The position numbers and the translations under genes were made by a program. From Candidatus Poribacteria bacterium (GTDB lineage: Bacteria; Poribacteria; WGA-4E; PCPOR2b), in assembly GCA_965208325.1 (NCBI GenBank), contig OZ242326.1:2464001-2528000 (forward strand): a DNA stretch of 64,000 bases, written 5' to 3'. Below the pieces are notes generated by a model. It was not told the origin of the DNA and ran no database searches. It saw nothing but the letters and a program-made list of their open reading frames with translations. Below, one piece after another: positions 39,616-49,630 of this stretch. Position 1 is the first letter of the stretch. Each line of letters begins with the position of its first letter.

Positions 39616-40695
39616 TCACGATACAAGATATCGATCTACATCGGCGGCTTCGACCACTTCCTCACCCAGAGTAACACCCAACTTATCCGCCCATTCTCGA
39701 GTACGTTTGTAGTAGATGGCGTCCGGTACATCAATGCCGTTAGCCAAGCGGTGCTGACGCGAACGGCGCTCAAAATCACCGGGTACCAGGACCTCGTCAA
39801 AACCGGGTGCCGGCGGCGATGCCTTGATATTGTCCAGGAATTCACGAACATTCCGCTGGTACGCTTCCACAGGCGCAAAAGCATTTATGTTAATCACCTG
39901 CATGAATATACCGCCGACGTAGTCCTCCTCGGCATCGAAGTCTCCATGCTGGAAGCCGAGCAGACAAGTCAGCAGTGAAAGTGCATAACCCTTGTGCCCG
40001 CCAAACGGCAGCAGCGCTCCGCCATCCCAATAATCCGCCGATTTGACGGTTGGATTCCCGTGTTTATCAACAATGCACCCTTCGGGAAGATCTTCGCCTT
40101 TACTGTCCGCAAATTCAATTTTTGCGCCGGCAATCACGCTTGTAGCAAAATCGATGATGAACGGCGTATCATCACCGGTCGGAACACCTACGGCAATCGG
40201 GTTGGTCTCAAGCGCACCCCTTGCACCCCCGAAAGGCGCGACAAACCCCTTGTCTATCCCGCTGTAACCGACCGTGATGATGCCAATGCACCCCGCTCGC
40301 GCAGCAACCTCTGCATACTCTCCCAGCCGGCCGATATGCCCGGTACGCAGGAAACTCACACAGCAGACATCAGCTTGTTTGGCTTTCTCAATAGCCAAAT
40401 CCATCGCCTTCCGTGCAATGTAGTGCCCAAAAGCCTTGTTCCCGTCAATGTGAAGCGTGCTCGCTGTCTCTTTGACCACTTTCGGTTCGGCATCCGGGTC
40501 AAGTCGCCCTTCTGCGATGTCCAACAAATAGCGGGGGACGTGAAGCACGCCGTGTGAATCATGACCGACAAGGTTGGAATTAACCAAAATTTCGGCAACG
40601 GTATCGGCAATATGACGCGGCGTGCCTGCCGCCATGAATAGCTGCCGCGTGATTGCGTGAAGATGGCTGGCTTGAAAGTGATGAGTCGTTTCCAT
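39616..40695 (-). CDS. Ldh_2 family oxidoreductase, paralogue 1
   Basis: Same motifs; collinear with the adjacent paralogue. Confidence 0.9.
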   Translation of the reverse strand: METTHHFQASHLHAITRQLFMAAGTPRHIADTVAEILVNSNLVGHDSHGVLHVPRYLLDIAEGRLDPDAEPKVVKETASTLHIDGNKAFGHYIARKAMDLAIEKAKQADVCCVSFLRTGHIGRLGEYAEVAARAGCIGIITVGYSGIDKGFVAPFGGARGALETNPIAVGVPTGDDTPFIIDFATSVIAGAKIEFADSKGEDLPEGCIVDKHGNPTVKSADYWDGGALLPFGGHKGYALSLLTCLLGFQHGDFDAEEDYVGGIFMQVININAFAPVEAYQRNVREFLDNIKASPPAPGFDEVLVPGDFERRSRQHRLANGIDVPDAIYYKRTREWADKLGVTLGEEVVEAADVDRYLVS

Positions 40696-40721
40696 ATCTT
40701 GCAGCGCCCCTTACAATGGTT

Positions 40722-41570
40722 TTAGCTTAACCTGTAAAACTGGATAGCGTTGTCGTGGAATAACTTATTGATTTCATCCTCAGAATAGTCTTGCACCGTC
40801 CACTTCAGGGTATCAACCCACCGCGGATACTCCGTTGCTGCCGTCGAAACAGGCCAATCACTTCCGTACATCACGCGCTCAAAACTGAAGCATTCTATCA
40901 CATGCTCAATGTACGGCTTCATATCGTCCCGAGTCCAATTCTCGTGATCGGCTTCCGTTGCGAGCCCAGAAATTTTGCAGACGATATTCGGAAATTCGGA
41001 CAGTTTTTTTAATTCGCGCCGCCACGGATCGAAGATTTGCCCTTTAATATCGGGTTTTGCAATGTGATCCAATATGAACTGGATGTTCGGACACTGCTTC
41101 ACCATTTGAATGGTATTTGCCAACTGCGGGTGACGGATACAGATGTCAAAGTTGAAACCAAATTCTTCGAGAATCTGCACCCCTTTTACGAAATTCGGCT
41201 GTACGCAAAATTCAATGCTTTCGCCTTCAATGACGTGTCGGACGCCTTTGACTAATTGAATATCAGCCAGTTTTTCGAGTACTGGTCTGACTTCCTCCCC
41301 GTTATAAACAGGTGCCTCCGCTACAATTCCTTTAAGCCTAGCATCGTCTCTTGCCAGAGAAGCCACCCATTCCGCTTCCACGACTCCATCATACCCGCCG
41401 CATTGCACAAAGACCAGCGCTTCAATATTAATTTCTCCATGAGCGGCTCGATATTCCGCTAACGCATGTGGACTAGCAAATGATGGCGGAGCATCTTCAA
41501 GCCACGGATATCTCAACGCACCTTGATCCCATAAGTGAACATGGGTATCAACAATTGGTATATTTTTCAA
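40722..41570 (-). CDS. Amidohydrolase_2 family (sugar lactonase-like)
   Basis: DTHVHLW, LDHIAKP, CKISGL, YGSDWPV. Confidence 0.88.
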   Translation of the reverse strand: MKNIPIVDTHVHLWDQGALRYPWLEDAPPSFASPHALAEYRAAHGEINIEALVFVQCGGYDGVVEAEWVASLARDDARLKGIVAEAPVYNGEEVRPVLEKLADIQLVKGVRHVIEGESIEFCVQPNFVKGVQILEEFGFNFDICIRHPQLANTIQMVKQCPNIQFILDHIAKPDIKGQIFDPWRRELKKLSEFPNIVCKISGLATEADHENWTRDDMKPYIEHVIECFSFERVMYGSDWPVSTAATEYPRWVDTLKWTVQDYSEDEINKLFHDNAIQFYRLS

Positions 41571-42208
41571 ATTTCAACCCCTTCCTGAGTAGAATGATTT
41601 ATCCGTCTCACGATGTTAAAATCTTCGGGAGTATTGATGTTAAAAAACGAATGCCCGTGCGGATCAAATTGCCGCCATTCAGAGGGCGGGACAACACGAA
41701 CGGAGATACGATTGTATAATTCATGGACGCGCAGTTCACCCTCGGCGAACATCTGCTTGATGGCAGACAAGCACTTCTTGGAATATACGGCGGACAGTGT
41801 TTGAAATATGGGGTCAGAGGGATCCGAATCCTCGACATACGGAACAACGGCATCGTCTTCGCCCAAGATTGTGGTTAAATAACACAATAGTCTCGGCTGC
41901 AGCAGCGGCATATCACAAGCAACACAGATTACGGCAGGAGTGTCTGCACGGGTGAGACCGGTATATATGCCGCCCAATGCACCCATGTTTGGAACAACAT
42001 CTGTATACATCCGCACGCCTAGATGCCCAAACTGCGATGGGGTGTTCGTAATCAGTAGGACATTAGTCGTGACCAATCTCATTTGACAAAGCGTGTGTTC
42101 AATGAGAGTGGCACAGCCAAGCCGCATTAGCGCCTTGTTCTGCCCCATTCGACGGCTGCTTCCGCCAGCGAGGATGATTCCTGTTGTGGAGTCCTTGACG
42201 GTTTGCAT
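41567..42208 (-). CDS. mobA: Molybdenum cofactor guanylyltransferase
   Basis: LAGGSSRRMGQNKA, GALGGI, ACDMP, FNINTPED. Confidence 0.9.
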   Translation of the reverse strand: MQTVKDSTTGIILAGGSSRRMGQNKALMRLGCATLIEHTLCQMRLVTTNVLLITNTPSQFGHLGVRMYTDVVPNMGALGGIYTGLTRADTPAVICVACDMPLLQPRLLCYLTTILGEDDAVVPYVEDSDPSDPIFQTLSAVYSKKCLSAIKQMFAEGELRVHELYNRISVRVVPPSEWRQFDPHGHSFFNINTPEDFNIVRRINHSTQEGVEI

Positions 42209-42356
42209 GATATTTTACCCATCATATCATTCTAGCCTAACCGCGTCAACAGAAAATCTAAAATTTCAGAAATCACCGTTGACGGATTAGAGCTATTCTG
42301 ATAGGCTGCAACTGCTTTGATTTCTGAGTTCAATCCCTCTTTGTAAAGGAAGACTT

Positions 42357-43199
42357 ATGCAGATTGGAATTTTCGCGAAGACGTTCATTCGCCCAACGCT
42401 TGAAGAAACCTTGGATGCTGTGAAGGCATACGGATTGGGTTGCGTACAATTCAACATGGTATGCGCCGGGCTGCCGTCTATGCCTGACCGCATAAAGGTT
42501 GAACACTGCGACGCCATACGCCGAGAGATGTCATCGCGGGATGTTACGATGGCAGCAGTGTCCGGTACGTTCAACATGATTCACCCCGATGTTCAGAACC
42601 GCCGCACCGGGCTGCGGCGGCTGCGTGAACTCGCATCTGTGTGCAATCGGCTTGGCACATCGGTGATTACGCTGTGCACAGGCACGCGGGATCCCGAAAA
42701 CATGTGGCGCCGCCACCCTGAAAACGATTCGCCGCAGGCGTGGAAAGACCTGATCACATCAATGAGGGAAGCGTTGCAAATTGCAGAAGAACACGGCGTC
42801 ACACTCGCTATTGAACCCGAAGTGTCGAATGTAGTGGATTCAGCGGGGAAAGGCCGCCGTCTGCTTGATGAGATGCAGTCGCCGTATTTGAAAGTGGTGA
42901 TGGATGCCGCCAACATCTTTCACACTGGCGAACTGCCGCGCATGCGCGAAATTCTTGACGAGGCGTTCGCTCTCTTAGGCGAGTATATCGTTATTGCACA
43001 TGCCAAAGACTTGAGCCGTGATGGCGAAGCGGGGGATGTAGCCGCCGGTCGAGGCGTATTGGATTACGACTATTATCTGTCCCTGCTACACAGAACCGGA
43101 TTCGACGGCCCCTTGATACTTCACGGCCTTGCGGAAGCAGAGGTTCAAGAAAGTGTGAATTTCCTTCGTGGGAAACTTCAGGGTGTAGATAAGAACTGA
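42357..43199 (+). CDS. Sugar phosphate isomerase/epimerase (TIM barrel, AP_endonuc_2)
   Basis: LAIEPE, MDAAN, AHAKD, G.G.LDY. Confidence 0.85.
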   Translation: MQIGIFAKTFIRPTLEETLDAVKAYGLGCVQFNMVCAGLPSMPDRIKVEHCDAIRREMSSRDVTMAAVSGTFNMIHPDVQNRRTGLRRLRELASVCNRLGTSVITLCTGTRDPENMWRRHPENDSPQAWKDLITSMREALQIAEEHGVTLAIEPEVSNVVDSAGKGRRLLDEMQSPYLKVVMDAANIFHTGELPRMREILDEAFALLGEYIVIAHAKDLSRDGEAGDVAAGRGVLDYDYYLSLLHRTGFDGPLILHGLAEAEVQESVNFLRGKLQGVDKN

Positions 43200-43432
43200 T
43201 TCTCTCTTGTTTTTTCATTTATGAATGTATTTGCCCCGCGGTTGGAAACCGCACCTACCGAAATGTGTGTAAGGAGTTTTCGGCTAGCAGAGCGATGCCG
43301 TTGAGACATCATTCGGTTAATCTAACATAAAATACGGCAATCACATCTACACATGAATCGCCCCGTCAATCGCTCTTTTTCATAGTGATTCAAGTAATAA
43401 TACGTTGAGATTTGCGACCCACCGGATTTTCC

Positions 43433-43462
43433 TTGACACACACTTCCCGGTTATGATACCCT
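43433..43462 (+). promoter_or_regulatory. Putative sigma70 promoter of the leader-hisI-trpE-trpG operon
   Basis: TTGACA (43433-38), 18-bp spacer, TG-n-TACCCT extended -10. Confidence 0.5.
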
Positions 43463-43491
43463 TTAGCAAATAGCAGCGAAAGGCAAGGCTG

Positions 43492-43593
43492 ATGAAATTT
43501 TCGAATCTCCTCCTCCATTCCAATACGGCAACACACAACTGGCATTGGTGGCATTCAATCTGGAGTCGGAGGAGTATGCCTTTGCTGAAATAG
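43492..43593 (+). CDS. His/Trp-rich attenuator leader peptide, 33 aa (MKFSNLLLHSNTATHNWHWWHSIWSRRSMPLLK)
   Basis: Translated by hand; 4 His + 4 Trp codons with core HNWHWWHSIW; below the ORF-track length cutoff. Confidence 0.85.
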   Translation: MKFSNLLLHSNTATHNWHWWHSIWSRRSMPLLK

Positions 43594-43618
43594 AATCCGT
43601 ATTCATTTGATAGTTTTT

Positions 43619-43656
43619 AGCCGTAGGCATACGTCCCGTTGTCTACGGCTTTTTTT
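43619..43656 (+). terminator. Attenuator intrinsic terminator upstream of hisI
   Basis: AGCCGTAGGCA / TGTCTACGGCT 11-bp stem (one G-U) followed by a T run. Confidence 0.85.
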
Positions 43657-43683
43657 ATGCCAACTGTTAGGAGGAAAATCTCG

Positions 43684-44067
43684 ATGCAAATGCTTGACGA
43701 ACTCAAATTCGATTCAAACGGACTCATCCCGGCAATCATACAAGATTACGAGAACAACGACGTACTGATGATGGGTTACATGAACCGAGAAGCGGTGCGG
43801 CGAACGCTTGAATCAGGGCGCGTCACGTTCTGGAGCCGCTCCCGCCAGAAATACTGGGTAAAGGGGGAGACTTCGGGGCACACCCAAGATGTACGCTCGC
43901 TAGCTTTCGATTGCGATGCGGACACGCTTCTCATCAAGGTCGTGCAGAAAGGCGGGGCATGCCACGTAGGGTACCGCTCCTGTTTTTTCCGGGAAGTCTC
44001 CCCCAACGGCAATTCGGCACGCATCGTTGGTACAAAAGTTTTTGACCCGGGCGCAGTTTATTCGTAA
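43684..44067 (+). CDS. hisI: Phosphoribosyl-AMP cyclohydrolase
   Basis: [46 protein letters not shown]. Confidence 0.95.
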   Translation: MQMLDELKFDSNGLIPAIIQDYENNDVLMMGYMNREAVRRTLESGRVTFWSRSRQKYWVKGETSGHTQDVRSLAFDCDADTLLIKVVQKGGACHVGYRSCFFREVSPNGNSARIVGTKVFDPGAVYS

Positions 44068-44145
44068 CCGTGTGGGAGCGGTTTGATGGCCGCAACCAAT
44101 GCCGACATTTGACGGGGCGCCCACAGTTAGCAAGGAGGCTTCTCA

Positions 44146-45630
44146 ATGTATTATCCGACTTTGGAATATTTTCGAGAAAAAGCGCAACACGGCAATTTGA
44201 TTCCCGTTTACAAATCCATCTTGGCGGATATGGAAACCCCTGTATCCGCATTTTACAAAATCGGCGGAGATGAATACGCCTTCCTTTTGGAAAGCGTCGA
44301 AGGCGGGGAAAATCTCGCTCGATACTCCTTCCTCGGCGCAAATCCGTCCACCCTGTTTCAGAGCAAGGGGAATCAGATTAAAATCACGGATGTGCGAACC
44401 GGCAAGATCGTCGAGTGTGAATCGAGGGACGCGCTCACTCAACTCGAAGCACTGATGACTCGCTACCAACCGGTGCAGGTCGAAGGACTGTCCCATTTCC
44501 ACGGCGGGGTTGTGGGCTACCTCAGTTATGATGTCGTGCGGTTGGTCGAAGAATTACCCGATTGCACCGAGGATGACCGGGATTTACCTGATTGCTATTT
44601 CATGACCGCCGATACACTCTTGGTCTTCGACCACGTGAACCACCGGATCAAGGTCATCGCCAACGCACATATTGATGGTGATGTTGACGCAGCGTATGCA
44701 GATGCAATCAACCGAATTGACGTGTTGATTGCGAAACTCAAGCGTCCGCTTCGCACGAATCCCGGCAAGAAAGCGCCAGAGGATAACACCCAAAAACAGA
44801 TTACATCGAATTTCACGAAAGCAGGTTACGAATCTGTCGTCCTTCGCGCGAAGGAGTACGTCGCTGCGGGGGACATCATTCAAGTCGTTCCGTCACAACG
44901 GTTCAGCCGACCGATTTCTGTCGATGCCTTTGAAATCTACCGCGCGCTGCGCACGGTCAATCCCTCGCCCTATATGTACTATCTCAAATTCGCCGGCATC
45001 CAGATTGTTGGGGCTTCGCCGGAGATGATGGTGCGTGTAGAGAACGGACGCGCAGAGACCCGCCCAATCGCGGGTACGAGACCTCGCGGACGCACCCCCG
45101 CCGAAGACGCCGCACTCGCTGAAGAGTTGCTCGCCGATCCGAAGGAACGCGCGGAACATGTGATGCTCGTTGATCTGGGGCGAAACGACCTCGGCAGAGT
45201 CTGCGAATACCACACGGTTCGTGTGAGCGAGATGATGGTAATCGAGCGCTATTCGCATGTCATGCACATCGCGTCGCACGTCGAAGGGCAATTGCGCGAG
45301 GGACAGACCGCTTTTGATGTCATCCGCGCCTGCCTCCCCGCCGGAACGCTGTCCGGAGCACCGAAGATTCGGGCGATGGAGATTATTGAGGAACTCGAGC
45401 CGACGCGGCGGGGACCCTACGGGGGAGCGGTCGGTTACTTTAGTTTCTCCGGCAGCGCAGACACGGCGATTACGATTCGTACCCTCGTCGTCGTGGATGG
45501 TGTTGCCTACATCCAGGCTGGCGCCGGCATCGTTGCGGACTCTGTACCCGAATTCGAATTCGAGGAAACGCTGAACAAGGCGCAGGCGGGATTGAGAGCC
45601 ATTGAATTTGCGGAGGCGGGACTGGAATAA
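44146..45630 (+). CDS. trpE: Anthranilate synthase component I
   Basis: LLESVEGG, NPSPYM, ASPE, PIAGTRPRG, EHVMLVDLGRNDLGRV, GTLSGAPK. Confidence 0.93.
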   Translation: MYYPTLEYFREKAQHGNLIPVYKSILADMETPVSAFYKIGGDEYAFLLESVEGGENLARYSFLGANPSTLFQSKGNQIKITDVRTGKIVECESRDALTQLEALMTRYQPVQVEGLSHFHGGVVGYLSYDVVRLVEELPDCTEDDRDLPDCYFMTADTLLVFDHVNHRIKVIANAHIDGDVDAAYADAINRIDVLIAKLKRPLRTNPGKKAPEDNTQKQITSNFTKAGYESVVLRAKEYVAAGDIIQVVPSQRFSRPISVDAFEIYRALRTVNPSPYMYYLKFAGIQIVGASPEMMVRVENGRAETRPIAGTRPRGRTPAEDAALAEELLADPKERAEHVMLVDLGRNDLGRVCEYHTVRVSEMMVIERYSHVMHIASHVEGQLREGQTAFDVIRACLPAGTLSGAPKIRAMEIIEELEPTRRGPYGGAVGYFSFSGSADTAITIRTLVVVDGVAYIQAGAGIVADSVPEFEFEETLNKAQAGLRAIEFAEAGLE

Positions 45631-45693
45631 GCGTTTTTTAAATCGGAAAAAAGATGTGAGAAACTACAGGCATACTTAATTAAGGAAAAAACT

Positions 45694-46257
45694 ATGGTAC
45701 TCATGATTGACAACTACGACTCATTCACTTACAACCTCGTCCAATATCTCGGCGAACTAGGGGCGAATCTTGTTGTCCACCGCAACGACAAAATTTCTAT
45801 TGAACAGGTTGAAGACCTCGCACCTGAGAAAATTGTAATTTCGCCGGGCCCCTGCACGCCGCGCCAGGCAGGCATCTCCTGCGAGTTGATTCGTCGCTTT
45901 GCCGGCCGCTTGCCGCTGCTCGGCGTCTGCTTGGGGCATCAGTGCATCAGCGAAGCCTTCGGCGGCGACGTTGTGCGGGCGGAGCGGCTGATGCATGGCA
46001 AAACATCTATGATTCACCACGACGGCGAGGAAATTTTCGACGAACTGGAAAACCCGTTTGAGGCGACGCGCTACCATTCGCTCATCGTGAAAAAGGAGAC
46101 GCTGCCAGACTGTTTTAAACTCACGGCATGGACCGACCAAGACGAAATTATGGGAATCCGGCACAAGGAACATCCAATCTGGGGTGTGCAATTTCATCCG
46201 GAATCAATTCTGACACACGCCGGTAAACCGCTATTGCAAAATTTCTTGCAAATTTAA
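45694..46257 (+). CDS. trpG: Anthranilate/aminodeoxychorismate synthase component II (glutamine amidotransferase)
   Basis: [33 protein letters not shown]. Confidence 0.9.
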   Translation: MVLMIDNYDSFTYNLVQYLGELGANLVVHRNDKISIEQVEDLAPEKIVISPGPCTPRQAGISCELIRRFAGRLPLLGVCLGHQCISEAFGGDVVRAERLMHGKTSMIHHDGEEIFDELENPFEATRYHSLIVKKETLPDCFKLTAWTDQDEIMGIRHKEHPIWGVQFHPESILTHAGKPLLQNFLQI

Positions 46258-46355
46258 CATGAAGCCCCGAATGTTTCTGGATTTATCATCGTTTCTTTGG
46301 TATAGTATCATATACTTTTGTTACCTAATCTTCCATTCAGTGACGGATTATACAG

Positions 46356-47762
46356 ATGCCGGACCTTAGCAACATTGATGAAAACCTCGTTCAGAAATTA
46401 TGGAATGATCGACGCTTTTTTGACTTTGAGTTGAAGGCGACGGACGGACGTACTTTGCAAGTGCTGAAAACCGGGCAGTGGAATCATAACGAGGGGCCCG
46501 ACTTCGCTGGAGCTGAAATTCTAGTCAATGGGAAGTTGTTAACGGGTGATATTGAGATTCACGTTTCTTCATCCAATTGGTACGATCACAAGCATCATCT
46601 CGACTCAAAGTATAACCGCGCCGTTCTGCATGTTGTTTTTTGGGATGACGATATCAATCTGCGTACTCGGACTCAAAACGGCAATCGGATTCCGACGTTA
46701 GAACTGTCTCACCGGCTCGACACACCTTTGGTTGAACTAATCGACGAATACAACAATCCAAAGGCGGATCAGCTGGAATGCCGAATAACAGGCAGAAGGC
46801 TGAAGATTGAACCGCTCAAGTCGGTTTTCGATCAACTCGGACAAGAGCGGCTCATCGCACACAAAGAGGCGATGCAAGCGCTGCGCGTTTCGGTCGATTT
46901 TGAGCAGTTGCTCTACGCGGGAATCATGGATGCGCTGGGGTACAAATTAAACCGCGAATCCTTTCGGGAACTTGCGCAACGCGTTCCCATCTCGCAACTG
47001 ATGGGCAAGTCGAATGAGGAAATTCAAGCGATACTGCTCGGGGTTGCGGGCTTACTCCCCTCGCAATCTAGGTTTCCCCATCCCGGCGAAGCCGATACAC
47101 CGTTCATATCTCAGTTAGAAACACTATGGGCTGCTTCTGCGCAATACGAGAATTCCAATCAAATGTCGGGGGATGTGTGGCGGTTCGGAAACACGCGGCC
47201 GCCGAACTACCCCACTCGCCGCATCGCCGCGATGGGTATGCTGATTAATTCCCGGACGGATAGCTTGATGGCGGAATTCGTTCCCCACATCGAAGCCGCA
47301 GCCACGACTGACAAGAGTGGCTTGCTACGAATACGGCGTGAACTGTCAGCGTTATTAATGATTCCCGCCGCCGGTTACTGGTCGAGCCATTCCCATTTTG
47401 GGAAAGGAATTTCACCGGCGGGAACGGCAATGATTGGGAAACCACGGGCTTCTGACATTATCATCAACACGTTGCTGCCGCTGGCGCTTGTATGGGCGGA
47501 AGAGTCGCAGAGTTCCAGATTGTCTGACGCGGTTCAAAAACTCTACGACCGCCATCCAAAACTTCAGGACAACCGTATAACCAAAGACCTTACCGCCCAA
47601 ATCTTCACCGAACAACAACCTATCCAGAGCATCTCACCCACCGCCAAAAAGCAACAGGGAGCAATCTACCTCCACGAAAACTTCTGCAAAAGCCAACTCT
47701 GTGAACTCTGTCCAATCTTCAACAGCGGCGCGGTAGACGACAACGTCGCCCCCAATCCTTAA
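46356..47762 (+). CDS. DUF2851-family protein
   Basis: GPDF, GDIEIH, W..H.H..D..YN..VLHV, RPPNYPTRR, C-terminal C..C..C. Confidence 0.8.
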   Translation: MPDLSNIDENLVQKLWNDRRFFDFELKATDGRTLQVLKTGQWNHNEGPDFAGAEILVNGKLLTGDIEIHVSSSNWYDHKHHLDSKYNRAVLHVVFWDDDINLRTRTQNGNRIPTLELSHRLDTPLVELIDEYNNPKADQLECRITGRRLKIEPLKSVFDQLGQERLIAHKEAMQALRVSVDFEQLLYAGIMDALGYKLNRESFRELAQRVPISQLMGKSNEEIQAILLGVAGLLPSQSRFPHPGEADTPFISQLETLWAASAQYENSNQMSGDVWRFGNTRPPNYPTRRIAAMGMLINSRTDSLMAEFVPHIEAAATTDKSGLLRIRRELSALLMIPAAGYWSSHSHFGKGISPAGTAMIGKPRASDIIINTLLPLALVWAEESQSSRLSDAVQKLYDRHPKLQDNRITKDLTAQIFTEQQPIQSISPTAKKQQGAIYLHENFCKSQLCELCPIFNSGAVDDNVAPNP

Positions 47763-48473
47763 AGTGCTAGTAGGTTGGGTTCAGCTATCAGTTGAGCGGA
47801 TGGGGAAGGCGATAGACATAATTGCGCAGTCCAAGGGGAATTGGAATGATAGCGCTGCCGACAATTCAGTGTTTAAAGGGAGCGACACCGCCAGGTGTCT
47901 CCCCCTTTTTTTTTCAGGGAAAAATTAGAAAAGAAACGCAATGAAAAATTGGCGATTTACGGGCGAGGCGAGGTTGGTGGTTACCTTTTTTCGAAATGCA
48001 CCGGCCCGCTTGTGGTGCGGGTTCATTGAAATCGTGAGGTAACCAAAAGGTAACCAAGAAAAAAGATCTTTACGTCTTTTGAGACGATTAACATGCGAAA
48101 TTATTAGCATAGTATATAGGAGCAATTTAAGGCTTTCACAGGCAGCGGATTGAAGGGTATGTCAAGGCAATCGAGACGCTAAAAGGGCGGAGCATTTCCC
48201 TGAAGAGTTCGGAACTGGTGGATTTTCAATCTCAGGGAATGTTGATTGGGTTAAGCGACCGATCATGGAGCGAACAAGCGAGCGAGTAGCGCGTGCGATA
48301 GTCTTCTGCGACGAACTATTCCGAATACACAACGACGCTCTTGGCAAGAATCGTAAAGCGTAACCCAACGCTTTTCATGTCTCTCAATTTCTAAGCGACC
48401 AGCCGTTGTATTGCGTTCGCCAAGGAAATAAAGCACCGTATAACCAAGGCACAACCCATCGAGGACCACAAAC

Positions 48474-48799
48474 ATGAATACTGATACGAAATCAATTTGG
48501 TTACCCCAAGCCATTGTCATTGCGACGTTAATGGCCGCTCCTTTTTTGATGGATTCTGACGTGTATTTCGGATTGCTCAAATTGGTTTGCTGTCCGGTCT
48601 TCGCGTATCTTGCATATCACGCGTGGAAATTAAAAAAAATGCTTGGGTTTGGGTTCTTGGGATTACCGCAGTTATATTCAATCCCATTATCCGGGTATAC
48701 TCAATTTGGGACATGTCGCTACTTGTCGTCTTGGCTAGTATTGGAATAGCCTTCGCCTCGCTCTTCGTGTTGAATTCCAATAATGAGGAAAAAGAGTAA
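48474..48799 (+). pseudogene. Small membrane protein (DUF6804-like) frameshifted at an A8 run
   Basis: YFGLLKLVCC...AYHAW in one frame continues as NAWVWVLGITAVIFNPII in the -1 frame; A9 at 48632-48639 would fuse them. Confidence 0.6.
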
Positions 48800-48829
48800 C
48801 CGTAAACTCGTTAATGAAAGGATATTAAA

Positions 48830-49048
48830 ATGATACCCTTTATAGTGTTTATTGCATCGTTAGTTTATTTTACCTGTTTAAGTGTAATGCTAACGGCGTC
48901 GTTAAAAATTTCGTCGGGCACCGCTGAAATCAGTGATTTAGTCATAACGTGGGGTTTTATCCTTTGTACGTCTGGGTTTTTTGCTCTCATTGCTTGGTCC
49001 TGGTCTCAAGGAAAGAATCAGACCAAGGATCAGTCCAATTCAAATTGA
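48830..49048 (+). CDS. Small two-TM membrane protein
   Basis: 72 aa, two hydrophobic segments, AAGGA RBS. Confidence 0.5.
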   Translation: MIPFIVFIASLVYFTCLSVMLTASLKISSGTAEISDLVITWGFILCTSGFFALIAWSWSQGKNQTKDQSNSN

Positions 49049-49630
49049 CCCACAGCGCCGGCACCTAACACGCCAGAAGGCACATTAACCCGGTAGTAGT
49101 CAGCGCGCGAAGGGAGAACTTACCACCATATTTTGGACATGGATGTACGAGGCACAAGGTGGTAAAGTGTTAACGGGAGTGCCCCAACTGATTGGACACG
49201 AAATTGCCGATGTTAAGAAGGTATTTTGAAGTTTCGGACTCACATACAACTGCGTTAGTGCTGCGTAGTTGATTCAAGATGAAAAACCGATTTGAGTTCT
49301 AGTGCGCATTTTACGCAGCCTCGAATTCAGCAGGTGAGCGTTGCCGTCGCTGTGGCGTAGCCGCACCGCAGCGACGGTTTCGAGGCGTGCAAGTACGCCA
49401 TGGGTCGGCTTAAGCAAGTTGTGCCAATCTGGAAGCGCGAAATCTGGGTTGAAGGCGCGGAGGAGTGGGTAAAGCCGGATCCTGTTTATTTTGATATCGA
49501 TTGGGGAGTGCGTAGGTCGGATGGATGACGCTTATAAAATCGCGATCAATGGTTGCAGATTTATTCCCCGTGATAGATTAGTCAGATTGTGAGCTTTCCA
49601 ATACCTCTCAATACTTAGACAATAGTATAA

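Noticed and set aside
43639..43683. N-terminal extension of hisI given in the ORF track
   Set aside because: It overlaps the attenuator terminator; AGGAGG points to ATG 43684
48125..48150. tRNA-Glu fragment (GCTTTCAC) as an att core
   Set aside because: Too short; no T-arm or acceptor stem
49175..49198. Solo IS3-like terminal repeat (GGGAGTGCCCCAACTGATTGGACA)
   Set aside because: No partner end or transposase remnant recognised; resemblance alone is insufficient
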